Source of the DNA: Macrostomum lignano
Taxonomy: Eukaryota
NCBI GenBank assembly: GCA_002269645.1
Contig: NIVC01000591.1
Coordinates: 620,001-684,000, forward strand
DNA length: 64,000 bases
Reading direction: 5' to 3'
Made by a program: the position numbers and the translations under genes
Part shown: positions 46,130 through 56,766 of the stretch, in pieces
Layout of the letters: each line of letters begins with the position of its first letter
Numbering within the stretch: position 1 is the stretch's first letter
Notes under the pieces: model-generated
The model's input: the letters and a program-made list of their open reading frames with translations, nothing else
Databases searched by the model: none
Told to the model about the DNA's origin: nothing

Positions 46130-49100
46130 CCCTCTGGCTACTCTGATTTTTATGTGTGTGGCCCGGGGAACAGCCGCCCTAGAGCGGCTATCCTCGCTGC
46201 TAGCCATCTCCAGGCTTGGCTGAGGACTGATCTCTCTGATGGAGACCTTTGCGTCATCCAATCTAATCATTTCTCTCCGCGTACGTGTCTTGTTGCCTCG
46301 GTTTATATCCCAGGCGACAGAGACCCTGCTCCCGAGAGTTTACTGCACTTTTCGCAGTACTGCGAGTCCCAGAACGCTGAGCTATGCTTAGAAGGCGACC
46401 TCAACGCGCACCACAAGGACTGGGGCAGCAAAGATACCAACACTAGAGGAGAGGAGCTTCTGGCCCTCATCTCTAACACAAACCTCATGCTCTGCAACCA
46501 CGGCAGCACTCCTACCTTTAATAATGGCAGATGGACTGAGGTCCTCAACGCCACACTCATTACCCCCAAGACTCTTTGACAGAGTTGAGGAGTGGAGAGT
46601 CTGGTCTGAAGAGCCCTCCCTGTCTGACCACTGCTTTATCGCCTTTAACATCGTGGACACTAAAACCCAGTCTCCGATCACTTGGAAGTGCAATATCCGC
46701 AACACTGATTGGGCAGCCTACAAGGCTGCCCTTGATCTGCACCTGCAGGAACTCACGGACTTATGTCCGATTGAGACCTGCAAGGATGTGGATCATATGG
46801 CTGAGACGCTGACAGGTTGCATTATTGCAGCCTACGTAGCGGCTTGTCCTGCTCGCGCCTACAAAGGCAAGACCTCGGCGCCGTGGTGGAACCCGGAGCT
46901 GGGGAAACTCAGGCGGAAGGCCAAAAGCCTTATCGCCGTGCCATGAAGACCGGAAACCCGGAGGACATGGAGCTTTTCCGGCAAGCCTCCCGCAATTTCA
47001 AATCTGAAGTGCGCAAGGCCAAGGAATGTAAGTGGCGCCAATTCTGCAATGAATTGGATCAAGACAGACCTACTTCTAGGCTTGTCAAGGCCCTTACAAT
47101 GGACAAAATGTCCAAATTAGCCATGATCAAAAAAGATGATGGCTCTCTTACTAAAGACCCTGAAGAAGTGCTTCAGCATATGCTTAGCACATTCTTCCCG
47201 AGGGTACCTACTGCTAGACCGGAGCCCAACCATTCGATGGATGGAGCCACCCTAGTGGCGGGCATTGTCACCAAAGACCTAATCGCTTGTGTGGTCAGAA
47301 CCTTCAAACCCTTCAAATCTCCTAGACCTAATGGTATCTACCCTGTTCTCCTTCGTGAAGCAGCCAAGATACCCTCGTTCCTGAGACTCACCCGCAATCT
47401 TATGCGGGCCTCTATCCAGCTGGGATACGTTCCCAAATGCTGGACTGAAGCTCGGGTAGTCTTTATTCCCAAACCTGGGAAGGGTGACTACTAAAGCGTC
47501 AAGGCCTTCCGGCCTATTAGCTTAACGTCAGCAATGCTTAAGCTCACTGAGAGGCTTATTCTCTGGCGGCTGCTCTCCTGCGAGCTGACAGCGATGCCCC
47601 TCAGCAATAATCAGCACGCCTTCCGTACCGGGAGGTCGACTGACAGCGCCCTGCATGCGATTGTCAAGAAGATTGAACGGGCGGTACTGGGTGACGGTTA
47701 CGCCCTGGCTCTCTTTCTTGACATTGTTGGCGCCTTTGACAACGTTATCTTTGAAGCGTTTCAGGGGCCCTTCAAAATTGCAAAGCTCATGCTACCCTCA
47801 TACGGTGGATCATGTACATGATCTCCAACCGTACGGTCACTGCCCAACTTCTTGGGCAAACTGCCTCCACCAGAGTCTGTAAGGGTGGACCCCAAGGCGG
47901 AGTCCTCACCCCGACGCTCTGGAACCTGGTCATGTACGCTCTTCTGAGTGACTCCCGACCCAACCCCGTCTCCAAAGTCGGGTATGCTGATGACGTCACG
48001 GCCATTGTGGCAGGACCATCTCCCAGCACGCTCAGGGATCTGATGCAGAGCTTTATCCGCAAAGCAAAATCCTGGGCCAATGACAATGGTCTGGAACTCT
48101 CTGAGCCCAAAACTGTTGCCATTATGTTTACCAGCAGACTACGCTAGAACATACGTCCTCTGCAGCTCTACGGCAGAGATATTGCCTTCGCGTACCAGAC
48201 CAGATGTCTCGGGGTCACACTTGACCACCGGCTCAACTGGTCCTTCCACGTGAAAGCAAAAGCCAAGCATGCCTCAGCCATCCTGGCCTAGCTCCGACAA
48301 GCACTTGGCACTTCTTGGGGTCTATCCCCAAAGCGGCTTTGGTGGATCTATACTTCCGTAGTTAGACCTGCCATTACGTACGCCTCTGTTGTCTGGGTTA
48401 GCACTACCCAGGTCAAAAGCCATGCAGACCTGCTTAACACAATCCAAGGCAGAGCATGTAGGCTCATCTGCAACGCCACCAGGTCCACGCCCTTTGCTGG
48501 CATGGGGGCCTTCCTTAATCTACCGCCTCTTGACCTCTTTGTCAGGGGTGAGGCGGCTAGAACGACGCGGCGTCTAATTGATGCCAGCGTCAAATTTCTT
48601 TACATGAGAGCACCTGCTAAGCGGAACCTTGTCCCGCATAGCGACCTGTGCCTCAACTTTCTCAACGAGTGTCAGGCCAATCGCGTCTTCACCGATCGCA
48701 TTGCCTCAACGCTCAACCTGAGACAGCTATACTCCGTAGCTATCGACTCGCGCAATAACATCAATGACCAATGTAACCTTGGTGAGCTTCATTGCTACAC
48801 CGACGGTTCTAAGCAGTCAGCCAACACCGGCTTTGGTGTTGGAATCTTTCTGAACGGGAGGGTCATCGCTACCCACGCTCAATACACTGGGGTCAACTCC
48901 AGTGTTTTCCAAAATGAAGTTCTGGCCATCAGCTCCTGCACTGCAGAGCTTCTCGCCACTGGCGTTACTGGTAAGAACATCATTTTCCATTCGGACAGCC
49001 AAGCTGCCTTGCACGCCATCAGTGGCTGCAGCACCAACTCTGCTACAGTCCTCGACTGTATCAAACTCCTCAACGTGTTGGGTTCCACCAACAAAATTAC

Positions 49101-49804
49101 CCTTAAGTGGGTTCCGGGGCATGTGGGAATCCGAGGAAATGAGTTGGCTGACACCCTTGCAAAAGTTGGTGCCTCCGGCTCCTCTCTCGGTCCTGAACCT
49201 CTTGTCCCGATTCCTGGCTGTGTCATCGACTCGCGCATCAAAGCGTGGATCAGGACTCAGCACCGCTCGACTTGGGCGAACTGCACGAACTGCAGGCAAT
49301 CCAGAGGTGCTGTCCCTCAGCCCTCTCACCAGCTCCGGAAGCTCCTCTTGCGTCTCTCGCGCAGAGACATCCGGGCTGCCACCATGACCCTCTCTGGTCA
49401 CGGCTGCTTCTCCAGGCACCAGTACCTGCAGGGCAACGTCACCAACGCCACCTGTAGTTTCTGCAACTCAGGTGACGAAACCGCTGAGCATTTCGTCAGC
49501 ATCTGTCCCGCCTTCACGCGGGCCAGACTCACTTACCTCGGGCCACACACATCTATTACTGAAGCGTGCAAACCCGAAAACTTTAATCAGCTCATGCGCT
49601 ACCTTCGGGCCACCCGCAGGGCTGAACTCTCCTTTCCAGAGAGCACTATAGCTGCTGGCGACACTAGGGGACCTCCCTGGGCAGCGCCAACCCTCCGTCC
49701 ATAGCGACGCGTTGGCCGTTCAGGGACTAGCGGAATGGGCGCTCGCGCCTTCCCGCTGTGTCCCCTCCGGGACAGCCCTGCAGCTAAGTCAAGTAAGTCA
49801 AAAG
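46130..49804 (+). mobile_element. 5'-truncated LOA/R1-group LINE (second family), degenerate EN-RT-RNase H-CCHC
   Basis: It starts inside the EN domain (PSGY, aligning with PTGY of copy 1). RT YADD and RNase H YTDGS/NEV/SDS/GNELAD are present. Frameshifts lie near 46560, 46920 and 47765, with stops at about 47492, 48145 and 48288. The tail is TAAGTCAAGTAAGTCA. A candidate 14-bp TSD TCTTCTCTCTCCCT is at 46116-46129 and 49805-49818. Confidence 0.92.
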
Positions 49805-50490
49805 TCTTCTCTCTCCCTGTCTCTCCTCTCTCCTCTAGTCTCTGTAATCTCTTCTCTCTTATGTCTCCTCTGTTCTCTCTACTCCCCCATCTCTCGTCTG
49901 TTCATCTGCTCTCTCATCTGTCATCTTTACTCTCTTATATGTTCTCTCACTTATCTCCTCTGTACTCTTCTCTTTCACCTCTTCTGACTCCTCTATTTCC
50001 TTACTCCTTTCTTCTTTTCCCTTCCCTCTTCTCTATACTCTCTCCTCTATTATCTTCTCTCGTCTCTCTGCACTCTCCTCTCACCTTTTTCTCTCATCTC
50101 TTCTTTCATCTGTCTCATCTCTACAATCTCATCTCTTTCCTCTCTCCTCCTCTTCCTTTTACTCTCTCATCTCTCCTTTCTCCCCTCTTCTTTCACCACT
50201 CTCTTATCTCTATCTCTTCTCTTCTCACTCCTCTATCCCCCTCTTATCTCCTCTCTTCTCTATCCTTTCTACTCTCTCCTCTCCTCTCCTCTTGACCCTC
50301 TGTCGTCTTCTTTCTGCTCTCTCATCTCTACTCTCTTCTCAATCTTCTCTACTCTCCTCTCTCATCGATCCTCTGTCTCATCTCTCCCCTCTTCTCACCT
50401 TTACTCTTTCCTCTCCTTCCTTTCTCCCCTCCTCTCGCTTCTTCTTCCTTCTTCTCTACTCTCTCCTCACCACTTTTCCTTTTCACTCTC
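49805..50490. repeat. CT-rich low-complexity tract
   Basis: Read directly. Confidence 0.95.
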
Positions 50491-51993
50491 ATCTGGCCCG
50501 CAGCCATGAGCTGGATTCTTTATCTGGCCTTTGAGATAAAAATCTGCCAATCCCTGCTTCGAAAGTACTATCATGGTTGTTATCATTTCTCATGCTTTGA
50601 TCACGTCATCTTTCTGGCCAATTAGCAGCCCTGAGAGGAATTTGTGTATCTCCATTCTCTAGCTCCACCACCACAGCCTGCAGCAGTCTAACAACCAAGG
50701 AAATACGTATTTCTTAGGAGGCTATTTAAATTTTAAAGTTACCTTATGCGAATCTTAATGTTAAAATTTTCATGGTGTAACTAATTTAGTAGGATTGCAT
50801 TGTAATCAGTTATTCATTATTTTTCACTATTTTTATAAACCATCCCACATCGCCTTGATTTGCCATCCTTGTTTAACTGTTGCAACTTGTCTATACATAG
50901 GACAGTAGTTTGAATCTCTCGCTAAACTCTCGCCTCTCCATGCCTCTCCACTCGCGGGGTACAGAGACGGCTATTAAAAAGCTATTCCAAAACACTGTAC
51001 ATTCGCTATGTACATTGAGCCCTATCGCCTGGTCCTTCGTCTGGGGGAATGAGTTGGATGAGCGGCAAACAACAGAAAAAGCAGACAAACTTCACATGCT
51101 TACAGTTTCTTTTTCGGTTGAGTTACAGAGTTGAAACTTTACATTTAGATAGAGAATGAGTCAATGAAGAATTGTGTCAAGTTTGAAGTCAATCGCTTTA
51201 CGTGGAGCAAACTTATAGCAGCTGAAAGTTAGTCAATTTTGAAACCCTTTTACACATCTGGGCCCAGATCGGGAAAGAGGCAGGCGGGCGGAGGTTGGGG
51301 TGGCTGTCTCACTGAAAAAAACAGCCAAACTTTAAAAGTGCACAGCACCGCTCAGGATTAACTTTGAGACTCAAAATTTTACATAATTGTGCCAAAATAC
51401 GAGTAGTTAAAGATTGTCTGTGTTAAATTTAAAGAGAATCAATAAAAGTGGAGTGGCGCTGTGGAGCATTTAGTCAAAAAATCGCGCATTTTGAGCAGTT
51501 TTTTGCACTTTTATGTAGGATGACTCAAATTTAGGAAATTTTAACGTAGCCTATGACACTTTCCGTAGTGAATTTAGGGTGGGTGCAAAATTTGGTGTTA
51601 ATTGGTGGAGCGGTTTGGGAGTCCATAGCGAAGTAATTTGTACACACACACACAGAGTTTTTATTTTTTTATGTAGAGATTATGAAAAAGAAGCTTATTT
51701 ACAAAGACTACTAATGATGCTTTTATTATGTATTTACAAAAATATAACTTTGCTATCCTTGTAAAAAGGTTAAAAGCCAATGCTATCCAAGTCTAAGATC
51801 TTTGTATAAAATCGCTATATAATTAAAATAGAATGATACTAATAGCCTTTAGCAAGAAATATAATAAAAATGCAATCTACCCACCTGTATCTTTAGTAAT
51901 AGAATAAATAGAAACCTTGATTTTTTAGTAACTAAGCCAAAAGAGTGCTTAATTAGTAGCAAAGAAAAATCAATAATCTAGATCATGCTAGGT

Positions 51994-52290
51994 CATACAT
52001 GCGCAACCTCCAAAATTCGGTCGGCCGTGCGACTTAGTTTTAACAAAAAATGCGACGTAGTTTTTGGCCAAAAATGCGACTTACCTGTAAAAGAAACCCT
52101 TAAGCAAAATTAACGCAATTTTGGGTAAACGGCAGGAGTAACTATGACTGTCTTATAAGGGCTAAATGCCTCGTCATCTAATTAGTACTACGTATGATTC
52201 TTTCGGGTGGGCATTTTTGCGACTTACCTTGGTTGGCCGCCAAATCGGTCGGCCGGATCGGCCGACTCGGCCGACTGTTGCGCATGTATG
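51994..52290. mobile_element. hAT-type MITE, 297 bp, carrying a 28S rDNA fragment
   Basis: Perfect 14-bp TIRs CATACATGCGCAAC / GTTGCGCATGTATG, the 8-bp TSD TGCTAGGT (51986-51993, 52291-52298), and subterminal (TC)GGCCGA motifs. Confidence 0.92.
52123..52197 (+). pseudogene. ~75-bp eukaryotic 28S (LSU) rRNA fragment spanning the R2/I-PpoI target site
   Basis: GGGTAAACGGCAGGAGTAACTATGACTGTCTTA..AAATGCCTCGTCATCTAATTAGT matches the conserved LSU sequence GGGTAAACGGCGGGAGTAACTATGACTCTCTTAAGGTAGCCAAATGCCTCGTCATCTAATTAGT (recalled from memory). Confidence 0.9.
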
Positions 52291-53374
52291 TGCTAGGTGC
52301 ATGCCTAAACAAAAATAGAATATTTAGAAATGCACACCAAAAAAATTGAGTGCATTCCTATTTTCAAAACTATGTTAGTGTTGTGACAATAAATGACCTT
52401 TTTACATTTTAACAATAATGAATTTTAAATTGCATAATGAACCCTCTTTGGCAGATAATTTGATTGGTTTTTCTGCTTTTTGGCAATAATATTTATTGTA
52501 AAAAATTGATACTACAAAGATTTGTTTTAATGGTTTATTATAAGCTTAAAAAAAACTTTTTTCTTTTTCACATTAACTTTTCTGTATAATTCTATAAAGT
52601 GCATACTAGGTGTACATGCAGACTATTTTCTTTGGAGTGATGTATGCACTTAGGCATTATGAAATAAAGTGAAAACAATATAAAAATGAAAACTTTACTA
52701 TACAGCTATATAAAAATATAATAGAGTAACATGTTGTGCATGTTAAATTAAAAAATTATAGTCTTTACTGCCCCAGATCAAATGCAATCACTGATTTTGT
52801 GACAAAAAACCAATTTTTTCCTATCTTTGTAGTGTATTTTTCTAGGAAATTGTGGCTTCCAAAAATTGCACAATCTTTGAGTTTTACGTCTTGTTAGTCT
52901 AGAAGTCCTTGTATTAAACATTATATTTATACTTACTACTATACCATTATTACAAGTATAGAAATTTCTAGAATCATATAATATCATTATACCACTTTCT
53001 AAAAATCTATACAAATAGATTCATATTGTTTTTATTATTATAATTTTTTAAAAAGTGCAATCTCATAATAGCTGATACACAGTATGTATATTTATAAGAC
53101 ATTTGAATTAAAGGGAATGGGGAATGCAAGCTTAATAAGATAAAATGACAATTTATATCAGTTTTTCCCATATAATTATCTCCTTCTGCCAACAGTTCTT
53201 GAAAGAAGACAACAAACAATCAACTCGATGGTAACTTTCACTATGTGATCTCTAGAGTCACATTCTCAAACTTCAGGCAAAGATCTTTCCTCTTCAATCA
53301 GTATATTTTATAACCTAATAGACTGTATGCGAGCAAAGAGGAATAGGGGAAGAAAGTGGAATGGGGAGGCCCAA

Positions 53375-53520
53375 TAGGAGCCATTGGCCAGAGGAAATTC
53401 ATCAAACATGCGCAACCTTGGGATTCACCTGGCCATTTCTATTGGCAACACACACATGTAAGTCGCTATTGGCTGAGAGCAATCACGTAACTACTATTCC
53501 GTCCAATAGTGACTTACATG
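53375..53520. promoter_or_regulatory. CCAAT/ATTGG-box cluster with an inverted arrangement; possible promoter
   Basis: About five CCAAT/ATTGG motifs in ~140 bp; ccaatag..tggccag is inverted against ctggcca..ctattgg. Confidence 0.3.
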
Positions 53521-53854
53521 TGTGTGTAGGCTTTCCCATTAGATTAAATACTAGTTTGTAGGCATAAAATGATCTATAGATAGTGGCTCATCAACAGGCC
53601 TCTAGGTATAAGTGAAGGTCAGCTAATAAATGTGATGGTAGCTCGTACAAGCTACTTGTGGTATATAATGGATCTTGCCATCAATATCTGGTTAAAGCCA
53701 GTCCTTATAGTCTTTACTAGTCAGCAGAACCTATTGAATTGAATTCAAAATGAATCAACTTCAAGTACTTCTACACTTTCTAATGGAGATATGTTGACAA
53801 GCATAACAATAGCTTTGGCAGTATCTAGAACAAAGTTAGGGTTAGTGTCGTTAG

Positions 53855-55727
53855 GGTTCAGTTTGGCGCCTTCTGGTTCAGTTTGGCGCCTTCTGGTTCA
53901 GTTTGGCGCCTTCTGGTTCAGTTTGGCGCCTTCTGGTTCAGTTTGGCGCCTTCTGGTTCAGTTTGGCGCCTTCTGGTTCAGTTTGGCGCCTTCTGGTCCA
54001 GTTTGGCGCCTTCTGGTTCAGTTTGGCGCCTTCTGGTTCAGTTTGGCGCCTTCTGGTTCAGTTTGGCGCCTTCTGGTTCAGTTTGGCGCCTTCTGGTTCA
54101 GTTTGGCGCCTTCTGGTTCAGTTTGGCGCCTTCTGGTTCAGTTTGGCGCCTTCTGGTTCAGTTTGGCGCCTTCTGGTTCAGTTTGGCGCCTTCTGGTTCA
54201 GTTTGGCGCCTTCTGGTTCAGTTTGGCGCCTTCTGGTTCAGTTTGGCGCCTTCTGGTTCAGTTTGGCGCCTTCTGGTCCAGTTTGACGCCTTCTGGTCCA
54301 GTTTGGCGCCTTCTGGTCCAGTTTGGCGCCTTCTGGTTCAGTTTAGTTTCTTTAGAGTTCAGTTTGGCGCCTTTTGGTTCAGTTTGGCGCCTTCTGGTCC
54401 AGTTTGGCGCCTTCTGGTCCAGTTTGGCGCCTTCTGGTCCAGTTTGGCACCTTCTAGTTCAGTTCGGCGCCTTCTGGTTCAGTTTGGCGCCTTCTGGTTC
54501 AGTTTAGTTTCTTTAGAGTTCAGTTTGGCGCCTTTTGGTTCAGTTTGGCGCCTTCTGGTCCAGTTTGGCGCCTTCTGGTCCAGTTTGGCGCCTTCTGGTT
54601 CAGTTTGGCGCCTTCTGGTTCAGTTTGGCGCCTTCTGGTTCAGTTTGGCGCCTTCTGGTTCAGTTTGGCGCCTTCTGGTTCAGTTTGGCGCCTTCTGGTT
54701 CAGTTTGGCGCCTTCTGGTTCAGTTTGGCGCCTTCTGGTTCAGTTTGGCGCCTTCTGGTTCAGTTTGGCGCCTTCTGGTTCAGTTTGGCGCCTTCTGGTT
54801 CAGTTTGGCGCCTTCTGGTTCAGTTTGGCGCCTTCTGGTTCAGTTTGGCGCCTTCTGGTTCAGTTTGGCGCCTTCTGGTCCAGTTTGACGCCTTCTGGTC
54901 CAGTTTGGCGCCTTCTGGTCCAGTTTGGCGCCTTCTGGTTCAGTTTAGTTTCTTTAGAGTTCAGTTTGGCGCCTTTTGGTTCAGTTTGGCGCCTTCTGGT
55001 CCAGTTTGGCGCCTTCTGGTCCAGTTTGGCGCCTTCTGGTCCAGTTTGGCACCTTCTAGTTCAGTTCGGCGCCTTCTGGTTCAGTTTGGCGCCTTCTGGT
55101 TCAGTTTAGTTTCTTTAGAGTTCAGTTTGGCGCCTTTTGGTTCAGTTTGGCGCCTTCTGGTCCAGTTTGGCGCCTTCTGGTCCAGTTTGGCACCTTCTAG
55201 TTCAGTTTGGCGCCTTCTGGTTCAGTTTGGCGCCTTCTGGTTCAGTTTGGCGCCTTCTGGTTCAGTTTGGCGCCTTCTGGTTCAGTTTGGCGCCTTCTGG
55301 TCCAGTTTGGCACCTTCTAGTTCAGTTTGGCACCTTCTGGTTCAGTTTGGCGCCTTCTGGTTCAGTTTAGTTTCTTTAGAGTTCAGTTTGGCGCCTTCTG
55401 GTTCAGTTTGGCGCCTTCTGGTCCAGTTTGGCGCCTTCTGGTCCAGTTTGGCACCTAGTTCAGTTTGGCGCCTTCTGGTTCAGTTTGGCGCCTTCTGGTT
55501 CAGTTTGGCGCCTTCTGGTTCAGTTTGGCGCCTTCTGGTTCAGTTTGGCGCCTTCTGGTTCAGTTTGGCGCCTTCTGGTTCAGTTTGGCGCCTTCTGGTT
55601 CAGTTTGGCGCCTTCTGGTTCAGTTTGGCGCCTTCTGGTCCAGTTTGACGCCTTCTGGTCCAGTTTGGCGCCTTCTGGTCCAGTTTGGCACCTTCTAGTT
55701 CAGTTTGGCGCCTTCTGGTTCAGTTTG
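53855..55727. repeat. 20-bp tandem satellite (GGTTCAGTTTGGCGCCTTCT)n, about 90 copies, with a ~602-bp higher-order repeat
   Basis: Read directly; variant blocks (gacgcc; tttagtttctttagag) recur about 602 bp apart. Confidence 0.97.
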
Positions 55728-56766
55728 ATGTGAGTTGTGTGCTCTCAGTGCTGCTAAAATTGTCAGCTCTACATTTTCTAATTTGGAATGTAAATATGGG
55801 TGAGCTGGTGTTCTACAGTAACGTAGCTTAATAACGAGATTCTATTAGTATCAATAACTTATTATAATGTTTATATCATTGCTATTCTGGCTTTTAGATA
55901 AGAATAATAATTGCGCTATTAGCATCAATAAGTATTACATAAAAAAGATGCTTGAAAGAAGTAAACGGAGTTCACACAAGTTACTGGGTTAGGCAGGTGG
56001 TGAGATGGTGCCTGTTTTCTTTACTTCACGGCGAGGGTACGTAGAATGAGAGCGCTTAACACTGCTATGTACACAAATTTCTCAAGCAGAAAATGTTCAT
56101 TGTCTTAAATATATAATTGTACGCTTGCTCTGCTTTTTCTGCGAAGATTTCTTCTTTGCTTAAGGTATAGGCATAGGCAAGCACTGGGGTATAAAAACTG
56201 CCTAGTGAGCAGTATTGGACTCTTGCCCATTATACTTTGCTCATTTTGCCTGCTCGCTAAAGCACTTGGCTCAAGGACTTGACTTTGGCGCAGTTGATTC
56301 CTTCTATCGTTTTTTTGCGCTCTCTGCTTGGGCATCAAGTTACTCGTGCTTATAACTGACCCGGCGATCTGCTGCGGTGAGAAATTTACATGGCTGTGGC
56401 CAATTGTATCGGACTGTTAGGCTCTTGCTGTAAGCAGAACGGACTGCAGCATTAATAAGCACCTTTTTCATAGGAGAGTTGAAGAAAAGAAATTCTTAAC
56501 TGCTCAAGATTTGCTAGACTCTACCGCGAAGTTCACATTCGATTTCTTTTCTTCCCGTGTTTCTTTTGCAGCACCTCGCTCGCCTAAAAACTGATTCTAG
56601 CTTCAATGCTCAGTTATTCTTGTTGCTAACCGCTGATTCTAGCCAAAGTTGACTCAGCCTGACTCGCTAGCCAACCACAACCCCCCGCTGGTTTGGGGCG
56701 GACGGTTTCGCAGGGCCTGTCGTTTCCGTGAATCATAGAAATACAAGGCAGAAAAAGGCTTGCTAC

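Noticed and set aside
45385-50534. Ser/Leu-rich hydrophobic ORFs flanking the LINE, and the GER-rich ORF at 17848-18372
   Set aside because: They are translations of CT/GA low-complexity tracts.
52123-52197. A functional rRNA gene
   Set aside because: It is only about 75 bp, mutated, and embedded in a MITE.
53791-55733. Several long ORFs of repeating LAPSGSVWRLLVQFGAFWFS
   Set aside because: They arise from a stop-free 20-bp satellite that is open in all three frames; there is no evidence of coding.
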